A stretch of 52,852 nucleotides of DNA from positions 1 to 52,852 of the forward strand of contig JAWCLD010000001.1 of the NCBI GenBank assembly GCA_038851215.1, written 5' to 3'. The DNA comes from Candidatus Nanoarchaeia archaeon (GTDB taxonomy: Archaea; Nanobdellota; Nanobdellia; UBA10117). Shown here in pieces: positions 34,829 through 44,484 of the stretch (positions within the stretch are counted from its first letter, which is position 1; the number at the start of each line of letters is the position of its first letter). Made by a program: the position numbers and the translations under genes. The notes beneath the pieces were generated by a model. It was not told where the DNA came from. It searched no databases and saw only the letters and a program-made list of their open reading frames with translations.

Positions 34829-37120
34829 TTATTTTTCCAGCTCTGCCACAACCTTTCTTATAGTTTGCACTGCGTCAACATTTGCGGATATGGAGTCAAT
34901 ACCAAATTCAACAAGAAGCTTTGCCATCTTCGGATCCGAGCCGGCCTGGCCGCAAATAGAGCTTTCAACATTATACTTTTTGCAAATTTTTATAACATGT
35001 TCTATTGCTTGCAACACTGCAGGATGAAATTCACTGTATAAACTTGCTATAATGGTATTTCCTCTATCAACTCCAAGTATCAATTGTGTTAAATCGTTGC
35101 TTCCAATTGACGCAAAATCTATTCCTTCTTTGCAAAATTCCTCTATTAAAAGCACAGAAGCAGGCGTTTCGACCATTATTCCAAACTGTACTTTTTTATC
35201 AGAATTCAACAAACCGACATCTTGAGCAATTCCTTTTGCGCGCTGAAGTTCTTCAACAGAAATTACAAATGGCAACATTACCCCGAGGTTGGTGAAGCCC
35301 TCATCAACTAGTCTTTTAATTGCTCTAAACTCCGCCTTGAGCAGTTCAGGTTGGTCTAGGCTTCGTCTAATAGCGTGCCAACCAAGCATAGGATTTGCTT
35401 CTTTTGGCTCTTCTTCACCTCCCTCCAGCTCGCGATACTCATCTGTCCTAATATCAGACGTACGTACCCAGACAGGCTTGTCTTTGAAGTAGTTTGCAAT
35501 TTCTTTGATTCCGTTGTAAATTAAATCTTCATAATCCTTTAACTTTTGGTCGCGAAGATATTTTGCAGGATGTATTTTGCCCGAAGCGATAATGCCTTCA
35601 AGACGGAGAAGACCGATGCCGTCGGCTTCGGTTTCTGCAGCTCGCCTCGCAAAGGCGGGCAAGTCCATTATAACTTTAACTTTAGTTTTAGTTTTAATCC
35701 CTATTACGGCCTTTGAAATTTTTGTGGGCTGTTCTTCTATTGTTGCAATCGACCCTTTATACACTGCTCCTGTAGAGCCATCAACTGTTACGACATCACC
35801 GTCCTTCAAAATCTTCGTTGCAGATTTTGTACCGACAACTGCAGGAACCCCCATTTCCCTACTTACAATGGCTGCATGACTTGTAATTCCGCCTTCGTCA
35901 CACACAATAGCTGCTGCCCGCTGCATTGCGGGTACTAAATCTGGGTTTGTCATAGTTGTAACAAGAATATCACCTTTCTGTATTTTATCAAGTTCTTTTA
36001 CAGATTTTATTAATTTTACAATGCCTGTTGCACGGCCAGGGCTTGCACCTAGTCCGCGTAGAATTGCCTCCGCCTCAATAATAATTTTTTCTTCGACTTT
36101 TGGCTTTATGGTTGTTACTGGCCTTGTCTGCACCAGATAAATTTTGTTTTTTTCTATTGCCCATTCAATGTCTTGTGGAGCTCCATAATACGCCTCTACA
36201 TCTAGGGCTAGCTTCCAAAGAGCTTTAAGTTGGGCGTCCGTAAGCACTTGCTGTTTTTGCTTTTCTTTCGGCAAGAGTTTCTTTATTGTTTGACCTGTAT
36301 AAGCGTCTCGTGTTAGGAAAAATTCTTGACCAGGAATATCTTTCTCTACAATTTCACCTGTTGCCTTATCAAGGATATAAGTATTTGGATTGACAGCACC
36401 AGATACAACAGCTTCGCCTAAGCCAAAGGCGGCTTCTATTACAATTTGCTTTTCATTATTTGTTGCAGGATTTATGGAAAACATTACTCCTGACGAATCG
36501 GAATTGATTTGTTTTTGCACAATAACAGCAATGGCAACTTTCATATGAGGAAAATTATTTTTTACACGATAATAAATGGCCCTAGCAGTAAAAAGCGAGG
36601 CCCAACATTCTTGTACCGCCCTTACGACATTGTCTTTGCCAAGAACATTCAAAATTGTTGCTTGTTGTCCTGCGAAGGATGCTGTAGGGAGGTCTTCGGC
36701 GGTAGCGGAGCTGCGCACCGCAACAAAAGATGCATCTCTACTCGTTACAGACAATAGAGCTTGTGCAGATTTAATTGTTTTAAGTTCTTCAGCAGCGTCT
36801 ATGTAGTTGTAAAATTCTTTTATTTCGTCTTGCATTTGAGTTGTCATAGAGCTGCTAAGAATCATCTCTTGGATTTCTTTCGCAACTTTTTGCAAAGTTG
36901 CGGTGTCTTCAACATTTAAGTTCTGTAGCTTTTCCTCGATTTTCTTATCGAGCTTTCTTATTTTGAGGAAATCTTTATACGCATTTGCCGTAACAACAAA
37001 ACCCGGAGGTACTGGAAAATGGGCATTAAACATTTCTGCAAGATTTGCTCCTTTTCCACCAGCTTCCGATATGCTGTTTTTGTTTAGTTGCTTAAACCAC
37101 TTGCAATAGGCCATTATCAT
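34829..37120 (-). CDS. ppsA: Phosphoenolpyruvate synthase (pyruvate, water dikinase)
   Basis: 763 aa with GGKGANLAEM, the phosphohistidine region GGITSHAAIVSREMGVPAVVG, and a C-terminal PEP-utilising TIM barrel (GSNDLTQL). Confidence 0.9.
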   Translation of the reverse strand: MIMAYCKWFKQLNKNSISEAGGKGANLAEMFNAHFPVPPGFVVTANAYKDFLKIRKLDKKIEEKLQNLNVEDTATLQKVAKEIQEMILSSSMTTQMQDEIKEFYNYIDAAEELKTIKSAQALLSVTSRDASFVAVRSSATAEDLPTASFAGQQATILNVLGKDNVVRAVQECWASLFTARAIYYRVKNNFPHMKVAIAVIVQKQINSDSSGVMFSINPATNNEKQIVIEAAFGLGEAVVSGAVNPNTYILDKATGEIVEKDIPGQEFFLTRDAYTGQTIKKLLPKEKQKQQVLTDAQLKALWKLALDVEAYYGAPQDIEWAIEKNKIYLVQTRPVTTIKPKVEEKIIIEAEAILRGLGASPGRATGIVKLIKSVKELDKIQKGDILVTTMTNPDLVPAMQRAAAIVCDEGGITSHAAIVSREMGVPAVVGTKSATKILKDGDVVTVDGSTGAVYKGSIATIEEQPTKISKAVIGIKTKTKVKVIMDLPAFARRAAETEADGIGLLRLEGIIASGKIHPAKYLRDQKLKDYEDLIYNGIKEIANYFKDKPVWVRTSDIRTDEYRELEGGEEEPKEANPMLGWHAIRRSLDQPELLKAEFRAIKRLVDEGFTNLGVMLPFVISVEELQRAKGIAQDVGLLNSDKKVQFGIMVETPASVLLIEEFCKEGIDFASIGSNDLTQLILGVDRGNTIIASLYSEFHPAVLQAIEHVIKICKKYNVESSICGQAGSDPKMAKLLVEFGIDSISANVDAVQTIRKVVAELEK

Positions 37121-37193
37121 TATATTGCCAAAATAGCTTTTAAAAGTTCTCCGAAATCGATAGTATTAAAAACATATATTTTAGTATGAAAAC

Positions 37194-37523
37194 ATGGCAA
37201 AGCAATATCTCAGCCCTGGTTGGGCAGTTGTGTTTTGGATAATTCCAATATTAAATTTAATCTTGTTCTATTTCTGGAACAAGGTATAAAACAAAAAGTG
37301 GAAACTTGATATTAGTCCTGGTTTGCGAACACTTGGTCTGCTAGTTCCAATTGTTAATTTAGTAATGTTTTATTTTATCCTCAGAGACATTAGAGCACAT
37401 GCTGGCAGGGTGAAGACGCTAAAGCCCTGGTTTGCAATTTTAATAATAATACCGTTTGTAATTCTTTATGTAGCTTACAAAATTCAGCAAGCTCTCAATA
37501 CACTAGGTGTAGAAACAATGTAA
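37194..37523 (+). CDS. Small membrane protein ORF pair in one frame, separated by a single TAA (37287..37289)
   Basis: MAKQYLSPGWAVVFWIIPILNLILFYFWNKV*NKKWKLDISPGLRTLGLLVPIVNLVMFYFILRD... The two halves repeat the motif SPG..(I/V)P(I/L)(L/V)NL..FYF. The track lists only 37323..37523 (TTG start). Confidence 0.4.
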
Positions 37524-37533
37524 CTATGCAAAA

Positions 37534-38055
37534 TTAGTCGGACTTTTTTACTTTTATTACACAATGCATTGGGAGTTTAGCCTTTGCCTTTGTTGCGGCC
37601 GTCTTTGCTAGCTTGAGCTTATCTTCTGGTACATAAATTGAAAAGATAACTTTGTCTTTGAATATTTGTGCAGCGTGACCTTCCGGTCTACCAAAACTCA
37701 GAGACATGCCTCGCTGGAAACGGTCGGCACCAGCGCCAGTTGCAAGAGGGTTTAGCCTTATGATATGATGTGGTACAACTCGTACCTTAGCCGACCAACC
37801 AGTCTTTGCAACACTTTCCATAACACGAACGATAACTTGTCTAGCTGCTTCTAAGGCATTATCTCGTACTTGGGCATTTTCGCTGGCCACCAATTGAATC
37901 TCATAAGGATAAACAACACCTTTGTCACCCATATCGTATTGTGCAATTTTAATATGTGGTGCTCCTTTAATGTAAGCTTTAGATTTAACTTTAGATACGC
38001 GTGTAAATGGTCGCTTAATTTTCCTGTACGACGAAGCTGGCCTTAACTTTGCCAT
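37534..38055 (-). CDS. rpl10e: 50S ribosomal protein uL16 (L10e)
   Basis: MAKLRPASSYRKIKRPFTR..YIKGAP.. is a typical L10e. Confidence 0.9.
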   Translation of the reverse strand: MAKLRPASSYRKIKRPFTRVSKVKSKAYIKGAPHIKIAQYDMGDKGVVYPYEIQLVASENAQVRDNALEAARQVIVRVMESVAKTGWSAKVRVVPHHIIRLNPLATGAGADRFQRGMSLSFGRPEGHAAQIFKDKVIFSIYVPEDKLKLAKTAATKAKAKLPMHCVIKVKKSD

Positions 38056-38131
38056 ACCAAGGTTTGAGAAAATTAGTTTTTAAGCTTATCCTATAATAAA
38101 ATTTATTAAGTAAGTTTGATATTTTTTAAAT

Positions 38132-38314
38132 ATGAAAACATTTAATGAGCAATTCGCTTTACTTTTATTTAGTTGTTTTGCAGTACCTCTTGCAGCTTTG
38201 CAGGCTTTCGAGAGTGGCGTTTCTTTAACTATTGGCATGGCACTAGTTGCAATAATGTTTTTAGCATTTTCATGTGTTTTGGCAATTGTAGAAGTAATGC
38301 GCAAAAAATGGTGA
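38132..38314 (+). CDS. 60-aa two-TM membrane mini-protein
   Basis: Track ORF. Its stop overlaps the start of the next gene (ATGGTGA). Confidence 0.35.
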   Translation: MKTFNEQFALLLFSCFAVPLAALQAFESGVSLTIGMALVAIMFLAFSCVLAIVEVMRKKW

Positions 38315-38538
38315 TTGCATACATTCTCGCAATAGTACGGTCGGGTGCGGAGAAAGAAGTTATAGATACCTTAAAAAAAGAAGCGAAAATAAAAGAGGTG
38401 CACATGGTTTACGGTGAATTTGATGTTGTGGCCAAGATAGAGTTAGATAGTATTTCGGATCTTAGCGATTTCGTTCTAGACAAAATTAGAGCCATACCTT
38501 ATATAGAAAAGACTACTACACTAATAGTTGCAGGTTAA
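38308..38538 (+). CDS. Stand-alone Lrp/AsnC-type ligand-binding (RAM) domain protein
   Basis: MVIAYILAIVRSGAEKEVIDTLKKEAKIKEVHMVYGEFDVVAKIELDSISDLSDFVLDKIRAIPYIEKTTTLIV fits the beta-alpha-beta-beta-alpha-beta RAM pattern. Confidence 0.55.
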   Translation: MVIAYILAIVRSGAEKEVIDTLKKEAKIKEVHMVYGEFDVVAKIELDSISDLSDFVLDKIRAIPYIEKTTTLIVAG

Positions 38539-38608
38539 TTTAAATCAATTTTTTACCTTTTGCTCTCTTGAAAAGCTTTTAAAAGACTCTTTTGCAGCTA
38601 TCCGTAGA

Positions 38609-39037
38609 ATGGTGTCCCCATTAGACGTCTCGCCACAAGCATTGGCAAAAGAGGTAGCTCAAGAACTTAAGAGTAAAATTGCAGCGCCAGCTTGGGCCAA
38701 ATTCGTTAAAACAGGATCCCATAAGGAGAGGCCTCCGCTGCAAGAAGATTGGTGGTATATTCGCGCAGCTTCCATTATGAGAACGATTTATAGGAATGCG
38801 CCTATTGGCGTCTCAAAGTTGCGCACAAAATATGGTGGTACAAAAAACCGTGGTGTTAAACCCGAACGTTTTAAAAAGGCCTCTGGCTCAATTATAAGGA
38901 AAATTCTGCAACAGCTTGAAAAGGCCGGGCTTGTTGCGCAAAAAAAGGAAAAAACCCACAAAGGTAGAGTACTTACACCTGCAGGTATTTCATTGCTAAC
39001 AAAAGCTGCGGCCAGAATCAAGGAAAATGAACAGTGA
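38609..39037 (+). CDS. rps19e: 30S ribosomal protein eS19
   Basis: ..PAWAKFVKTGSHKERPP..DWWYIRAASIMR.IY..GPIGV..LR..YGG. I prefer the start at MVSPLDV. Confidence 0.85.
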   Translation: MVSPLDVSPQALAKEVAQELKSKIAAPAWAKFVKTGSHKERPPLQEDWWYIRAASIMRTIYRNAPIGVSKLRTKYGGTKNRGVKPERFKKASGSIIRKILQQLEKAGLVAQKKEKTHKGRVLTPAGISLLTKAAARIKENEQ

Positions 39038-39353
39038 ATTAAGAGAAAAATATATTGTAGACTTTCGAAAAAGGTTAGCGGAGGAAAATACAAAGGCTGA
39101 GCAACAAGCTTTTGTTCAGAGACAGCTAGAATCGGCTAAAAAATCTGTTTTGCTAAAATTTTTGTCAAAAGAAGCTAGGCAGAGATTGTCAATAGTTCGT
39201 GTAGGCCATCCAGAGCTTGCAGAGCAGATTGAAACTGCATTATTGAATGCTGCGCAATGTGGCGCGCTCAAAGGCGAAATTTCGGAGTTACAGCTCCGTG
39301 CAATTCTAGAGAGAGCTATGGCAGAGAAAAAAAATTTCAAACTAATTAGGTAA
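39027..39353 (+). CDS. PDCD5/TFAR19-like dsDNA-binding protein
   Basis: ..KKSVLLKFLSKEARQRLSIVRV..PELAEQIE..L. Conserved position between eS19 and eL39 in archaeal clusters. Confidence 0.7.
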   Translation: MNSELREKYIVDFRKRLAEENTKAEQQAFVQRQLESAKKSVLLKFLSKEARQRLSIVRVGHPELAEQIETALLNAAQCGALKGEISELQLRAILERAMAEKKNFKLIR

Positions 39354-39354
39354 A

Positions 39355-39528
39355 ATGGTCAAAGTCCAAAGTTCTGGAAAGAAAAAAAGACTTGGAAAAG
39401 CCGCGAAACAAACAAGATGGGCACCTTTTTGGGTAGTCCTTAAGACTGGCGGGAAGGGAAAGAAAAAACATCCTTCTTCTCTAACAACAGTGAAAAGAAG
39501 CTGGCGGAGGACTAAAATAAAAGCATAG
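39355..39528 (+). CDS. rpl39e: 50S ribosomal protein eL39
   Basis: Hand translation gives MVKVQSSGKKKRLGKAAKQTRWAPFWVVLKTGGKGKKKHPSSLTTVKRSWRRTKIKA* (57 aa, below the track cutoff). Confidence 0.8.
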   Translation: MVKVQSSGKKKRLGKAAKQTRWAPFWVVLKTGGKGKKKHPSSLTTVKRSWRRTKIKA

Positions 39529-39534
39529 CGCAAA

Positions 39535-39981
39535 ATGGTAGAAAAAATTTACAACATACCACTAAGGCGAGAATGGCTCAAGGCACCAAAATGGCGACGT
39601 AGCAAAAAAGCCATTTCTGCAATCAAACTTTACTTGAAGAAACATACGAAAGTGCCTAATATAAAGCTTAGCAAGTGGATTAACGAAAAGATTTGGGCTC
39701 GCGGAGGTAAAAAACCACCAAGCAAAATTACTGTTAAAGTTGAGATTGATAAAGAGAAAGAAATTGCAAAGGCAGAGTTAGCAGAATTGCCAGAAGCCGC
39801 AAAGCGACTTGCCGAAAAAAAGAAAAAGCAAGAAGAAAAGGCAAAGAAAGTGGAGGCAAAGAAGCCTAAACCGGAAACACTTAGGGAAGAAACTGCAAAA
39901 GAGACGGCTGAGAAGGAGAAAGAAGAAAAGACTCCCGCCGCAATGTCGCAAAAGCAGGAAATGGCATTGCATAAGAAGTAA
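39535..39981 (+). CDS. rpl31e: 50S ribosomal protein eL31 with a Lys/Glu-rich C-terminal extension
   Basis: IYNIPLRREWLKAPKWRRSKKAISAIKLYLKKH...KLSKWINEKIWARG is followed by about 65 residues of K/E/A-rich tail. Confidence 0.8.
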   Translation: MVEKIYNIPLRREWLKAPKWRRSKKAISAIKLYLKKHTKVPNIKLSKWINEKIWARGGKKPPSKITVKVEIDKEKEIAKAELAELPEAAKRLAEKKKKQEEKAKKVEAKKPKPETLREETAKETAEKEKEEKTPAAMSQKQEMALHKK

Positions 39982-39989
39982 AGATTAGT

Positions 39990-40685
39990 ATGCACCACAA
40001 TAAACACATTTCAATTTTGAATTTTCACGGCGATCCAAATATAGGTTTACACGGCTTTGCTACAGATAGGTATTGCCTTGTTGGCAGATGTGTTGCCGAT
40101 AAGCAAGTTGCGGATTTGGAGAAAAAGCTCAAAGTACCAGTATTTCGCGTTTGCATTTATGGTACGGACCTGGTTGGCCTTTTCGCAGCAGGCAATTCTT
40201 CTTTACTGCTATTGCCTCATATAATTTTTGAAAATGAGCTTGAAACTCTGAAAAATTTGCTAGAACCTCTTAAAGTTGTAATTAAAGTTATAAAGACGGA
40301 ACATACAGCTTTTGGAAACAATATTCTTCTTAACGATAAGGTGGCTATTTTGTCACAAGTTTACAACAAGAAATCTGTCGTGGCGCTGAAGGCTGCACTT
40401 GGCGACCTTGGTGTTGAACAAATGAGTCTTGCAAACACTGCGGTGCCAGGCTCTGTTGGCAAGATTACAAACAAAGGCGGGATTTTCTCTCCGAACTTGT
40501 CAGATGCCGAAATCAAAATGCTTGAACGCTTATTGAAATTCGAAATTGGCCTTGGCACAGTAAACTTAGGTAATCCTTTTGTTGCCTCAGGTTTAATCGC
40601 AAACAGTTTTGGCTTTGCAATAGGCAGTTCAAGTTCTGGGTTTGAAATTAGCCGAGTAGACGAGAGTCTTGGCTTTTTAAGGTAG
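39990..40685 (+). CDS. eif6: Translation initiation factor 6 (aIF6)
   Basis: 231 aa with the pentein-repeat pattern (GDPNIGLHGFATDRYCLVG, ..TAFGNNILLND, ..VPGSVGKITNKGG, ..NPFVASGLIANS). Confidence 0.85.
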   Translation: MHHNKHISILNFHGDPNIGLHGFATDRYCLVGRCVADKQVADLEKKLKVPVFRVCIYGTDLVGLFAAGNSSLLLLPHIIFENELETLKNLLEPLKVVIKVIKTEHTAFGNNILLNDKVAILSQVYNKKSVVALKAALGDLGVEQMSLANTAVPGSVGKITNKGGIFSPNLSDAEIKMLERLLKFEIGLGTVNLGNPFVASGLIANSFGFAIGSSSSGFEISRVDESLGFLR

Positions 40686-40705
40686 TCTTTTTAAACCTAA
40701 ATTCC

Positions 40706-41137
40706 GTGTCTAATCTAATGACAGCACACTCTGAAGAAAACAAAAAAGTACTGCAAGAAAAATACATTGAACTGCAGTTGCTCAGTATGCAAATTCAACA
40801 ACTGGAGCAACAACTCGAAACGCTAGACCAAAGAATGCAAGAATTTTTAAATTTGAGGGAATCGTTGCAAAAGCTCAGCACGTTAAAAGCAAATACTAAG
40901 TCATTGACGCCAATAGGACCTGGGATTTTTGTTGATGGCACTGTTGATACAACAAAAGGTGTTTTAATTAATGTTGGCGCAGGCGTTATTGTTAGAAAGA
41001 CAATAGATGCCGCACAAGAAATAATTTCAAAACAACTTCAGAAGCTTGAAGAAATTACTTTAGAGCTTAGCGATAATTTACAAAGGCTTTCAGAACAAGC
41101 ACACATAGTTGAAATGCAAATAGATAAATTAACATGA
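40706..41137 (+). CDS. pfdA: Prefoldin alpha subunit
   Basis: Coiled coil, then beta hairpins (PIGPGIFVDGTV..VLINVGAGVIVRKT), then coiled coil. Confidence 0.7.
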   Translation: MSNLMTAHSEENKKVLQEKYIELQLLSMQIQQLEQQLETLDQRMQEFLNLRESLQKLSTLKANTKSLTPIGPGIFVDGTVDTTKGVLINVGAGVIVRKTIDAAQEIISKQLQKLEEITLELSDNLQRLSEQAHIVEMQIDKLT

Positions 41138-41146
41138 GGCAAGAAA

Positions 41147-42262
41147 ATGTTTGAGTTCTTGAAAAAGGCGTTCAAATCTTTCTCTGATAAGATTAGCAAG
41201 CCTGAAGCATTCAAACCAGAGGAAGCTACGAAAATAAAGCTAGAATTGAAGGGCAAGCTACCAGAGCATAAGGAGCCTCCGTCACGAGCTGAAACTTCTG
41301 TAAATGTTGAAAAATTGAAGGTGCCCGAAGAGCTCGCCTTAGAAAGGCCAAAGGAGATTGAAAAACTTGAAATTGAAGAAAAGCAAAAAGGCCTTTTGCA
41401 GAGATTGGCCGCAGCTATTACGGAAGTTAAAATTACAGATGAGCAGTTTGACCGACTTTTCAAAGACCTAGAGCTAGAACTCATACAAAACAATGTTGCG
41501 TTCCCAGTAATCCAACAACTCAGGACTAATTTAGAGGAGGAGCTTGTCGGCAAATCTTTACCAAAAATCAAAATTGTAGAAAAAGTGAAGCAGATTTTGA
41601 AAAATACTATTCTTGAAACTCTTGAAACCCCTAAACCAATTGACTTACTTGCACTAGCGAAAGAAAAAAAGGTTAAAAAAGAAGCTTTTGTCCTAATGTT
41701 TGTTGGCACAAACGGCCATGGAAAATCGACAACAATTGCGAAGATAGCAAACTTATTTCTAAAAAATGGCTTCTCACCAATTTTGGCTGCTTCAGATACA
41801 TTCAGAGCCGCGGCAATAGAGCAATTAGAGCATCATGCTAATAGACTTGGTGTGAGAATAATTAAACATAAGTATGGCGCAGATCCTGCGGCGGTTGCCT
41901 TTGATGCTATAAAGGCAAAAGATAAAGATATTGTTTTAATCGACACTGCGGGAAGGCAGACACCAAATACAAATTTAATGGACGAAATGGTTAAAATCAA
42001 ACGCGTTGCGAAACCCGACTTAACAATTTTTGTTGGAGAAGCAATCGCAGGTTCAGATTTAGTTGAGCAAGCAAAAGCCTTTAATGAAAAGGTAGGTGTT
42101 GATGCAATAATTTTGACAAAAGCAGATGTTGATGATAAAGGAGGGGCTTTCCTTTCTGTAGTGCAGGCAATAAACAAGCCAATACTTTACATAGGAGTCG
42201 GTCAAGAATATGAGGATTTGGAAAAATTTGAGCCTGAAAAGTTTGTCAGTAAAATTCTTTAA
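41147..42262 (+). CDS. ftsY: SRP receptor FtsY
   Basis: Acidic/charged N-terminal region, then an NG domain with GTNGHGKSTT, DTFRAAA, DTAGR and TKADVD. Confidence 0.85.
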   Translation: MFEFLKKAFKSFSDKISKPEAFKPEEATKIKLELKGKLPEHKEPPSRAETSVNVEKLKVPEELALERPKEIEKLEIEEKQKGLLQRLAAAITEVKITDEQFDRLFKDLELELIQNNVAFPVIQQLRTNLEEELVGKSLPKIKIVEKVKQILKNTILETLETPKPIDLLALAKEKKVKKEAFVLMFVGTNGHGKSTTIAKIANLFLKNGFSPILAASDTFRAAAIEQLEHHANRLGVRIIKHKYGADPAAVAFDAIKAKDKDIVLIDTAGRQTPNTNLMDEMVKIKRVAKPDLTIFVGEAIAGSDLVEQAKAFNEKVGVDAIILTKADVDDKGGAFLSVVQAINKPILYIGVGQEYEDLEKFEPEKFVSKIL

Positions 42263-42342
42263 TATATTGCGACAGCTATCATTCGCAAGAAGCTTCTTGA
42301 CATAACAAGTAGTCTTTTAAATTCCAAATTTCAAACAAAAGT

Positions 42343-43692
42343 ATGCTGGATAGGCTTAGCGAATCCCTTAAGGAAAGTCTAAGAAAATTGCTTAAAATAT
42401 CTTTAGTAGATAGGAAACTTGTCGAGTCCTTATCCGAAGACATTAAAAAATCATTGCTAGCCGGGGATGTAAACCCGCAACTCGCAACAAAAATTACAGA
42501 TTCAATCAAAAAGCGAGCTTTGGAAGAAAAGCCGAGACCCGGTTTAACACATAGAGAACATGTCATTAACATTGTCTATGAAGAACTTGTTAAACTGTTA
42601 GGGGCAGAACCTGGTAAATTTGAAATTAAAGAAAAGCCGACAAAGATTTTACTTGTTGGTCTTTTTGGCTCTGGAAAAACAACAACTGCTGCGAAATTGG
42701 CAAAATTGTTCAAGAAACAAGGCCAAAAGGTTTGTCTTGTGCAAACTGACACTTGGAGACCGGCCGCATATGAACAGCTAAAGCAGTTAGCTGAAAAAAT
42801 TAACGTTCCTTTTTACGGAATTAAAGAAGAAAAGGACCCCGTCAAAATTTATCAAAAATTTGAGCCCGATTATAATAGGTTTAATGTTGTAATTTTAGAT
42901 TCTGCAGGTAGAGATGCTTTAAGTAAAGAATTAATTGAAGAACTTAAAAAATTAAATGAGGTTGTGAAACCTCAAGAAAAACTCCTTGTCTTGTCCGCCG
43001 ACATAGGTCAAGCTGCCAAGGCACAAGCGAAAGCATTCCAAGATGCTATAGCCATATCTGGCGTAATTGTAACAAAGCTTGATGGAACTGCTAAAGGCGG
43101 TGGTGCGCTTTCGGCTTGCGCTGAGACGGGCGCAAAAGTCAAATTCATTGGTATTGGCGAACATATTGATGATTTTGAAGATTATGAGCCAAAACGTTTT
43201 GTTTCAAGACTTTTAGGACTTGGAGACTTACAAACTTTGCTGCGGAAAGCGGAAGAGGCTATCAACAAAGAAGAAGCTGAAGCGCTTGCGAAGAAGCTTA
43301 TCAAAGCAGAATTTACTTTTGATGATTTGATGAGACAAATGGAAGCTTTGCAAAAGATGGGTCCGTTATCACAAGTGATATCAATGATTCCGGGTATAGG
43401 TATGGCAAAAATCCCTTCTGAATTGCTGAATGTTCAAGAAGATAAGATGCGTTCTTGGCGTCACATTATACAAAGTATGACAAAACAGGAGAGAAATAAT
43501 CCTAATATTATAGATGCTTCTCGTATAAAAAGAATCGCTAAGGGCTCTGGAAAGTCAGAAGCTGAGGTTCGCGAACTTATCAAACAATATAACCAAATGA
43601 AAAAAATGATGAAAATGATAGGCGATCAAAAGCAAATGCGAAAGCTTCAGAAGATACTAGGGAGCAAGATGCCGAACATTTTACCATTTTAG
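42343..43692 (+). CDS. srp54: Signal recognition particle protein SRP54
   Basis: GLFGSGKTTT, DTWRPAA, DSAGR and TKLDG motifs, plus a Met-rich M domain. Confidence 0.9.
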   Translation: MLDRLSESLKESLRKLLKISLVDRKLVESLSEDIKKSLLAGDVNPQLATKITDSIKKRALEEKPRPGLTHREHVINIVYEELVKLLGAEPGKFEIKEKPTKILLVGLFGSGKTTTAAKLAKLFKKQGQKVCLVQTDTWRPAAYEQLKQLAEKINVPFYGIKEEKDPVKIYQKFEPDYNRFNVVILDSAGRDALSKELIEELKKLNEVVKPQEKLLVLSADIGQAAKAQAKAFQDAIAISGVIVTKLDGTAKGGGALSACAETGAKVKFIGIGEHIDDFEDYEPKRFVSRLLGLGDLQTLLRKAEEAINKEEAEALAKKLIKAEFTFDDLMRQMEALQKMGPLSQVISMIPGIGMAKIPSELLNVQEDKMRSWRHIIQSMTKQERNNPNIIDASRIKRIAKGSGKSEAEVRELIKQYNQMKKMMKMIGDQKQMRKLQKILGSKMPNILPF

Positions 43693-43807
43693 TGTCTTTA
43701 ATAACGGGCCAATTCTTTTTACAAATCGATTTGGTTGTTAGCTACTGAAACGCAAAGTCTTAAAAATACTGTTTAAGCTTTCTTTAGAATAGTCTCGAAA
43801 GAATAAA

Positions 43808-44113
43808 ATGGTGAAACGAGCAGGCACTTTTAGGTCAAGGACAAGACACAAATTGCGCAAAAGGCCTCGAGATAGAGGCAAAGTCCCTATTACGAAACTA
43901 CTTCAACAGTTTAATATCGGAGATAGCGTTGTGGTAAAGCATGAGCCTGCCTGTCACGGCGGAATGCCACACCCACGATTTAAGGGCCTTACAGGTATTA
44001 TTTTGGGAAAACGAGGATCTTCTTATCTTGTCCGGGTAAAGGATAAAGGGTTAACTAAGATTTTAATAGTGGCACCAGTACATTTGCAAAAGGTAAAAGT
44101 CGGTAAAAAATGA
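43808..44113 (+). CDS. rpl21e: 50S ribosomal protein eL21
   Basis: ..GTFRSRTRHKLRK..RDRG...I..LLQQF..GD.V........H.GMPH.RF.G.TG. Confidence 0.85.
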   Translation: MVKRAGTFRSRTRHKLRKRPRDRGKVPITKLLQQFNIGDSVVVKHEPACHGGMPHPRFKGLTGIILGKRGSSYLVRVKDKGLTKILIVAPVHLQKVKVGKK

Positions 44114-44457
44114 CAACTGCACAAATAATCTCTAAGGAGCCAATTGCAATACCACAATTAAATAAATTTCTTAAGGAAGTCAAAAAGGAGGAACGCTCTG
44201 AAATCCAAAATAAAATTATAGATTATAGTAAAAAGGCTTCTAAGTTGTCAGAAGCAGATTGCAAAGCTCTAATTGAAGAGCTAATAGGCCTTGGCATTCC
44301 CGGTTTCACAGAAGATTTAGCAGTAGCATTAGCAAATATTTTGCCTGTAACATTAACAGAAATAAGAACGCTGCTGGCTGGAAAATCTAATCTTAACCCG
44401 GAAAACTTTAAAAAGATCCAAGAGATACTTATGAAATATAGCAGTAAAGGAAAATGA
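44110..44457 (+). CDS. rpo4: DNA-directed RNA polymerase subunit Rpo4 (RpoF)
   Basis: 115 aa in the conserved position after eL21, with an HRDC-like helical C-terminus. ATGA overlap with rpl21e. Confidence 0.65.
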   Translation: MTTAQIISKEPIAIPQLNKFLKEVKKEERSEIQNKIIDYSKKASKLSEADCKALIEELIGLGIPGFTEDLAVALANILPVTLTEIRTLLAGKSNLNPENFKKIQEILMKYSSKGK

Positions 44458-44484
44458 GACTAAACTATCGCAAAAACATCGACC

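Noticed and set aside
37287-37289. Genome-wide reassignment of TAA as a sense codon
   Set aside because: TAA terminates many well-conserved genes here at the expected positions, for example htpX, rpl21e region genes and the dph2 pieces. A global recoding is therefore not supported.
39630-40007. 125-aa and 64-aa minus-strand ORFs rich in Phe/Ser/Cys
   Set aside because: They are antisense to the K/E-rich tail of rpl31e, which makes them a compositional artefact.
41038-41709. 223-aa Ser/Phe-rich ORF on the minus strand
   Set aside because: It is entirely antisense to the well-supported pfdA and ftsY genes. Its low-complexity composition is what the reverse complement of Lys/Glu-rich codons produces.
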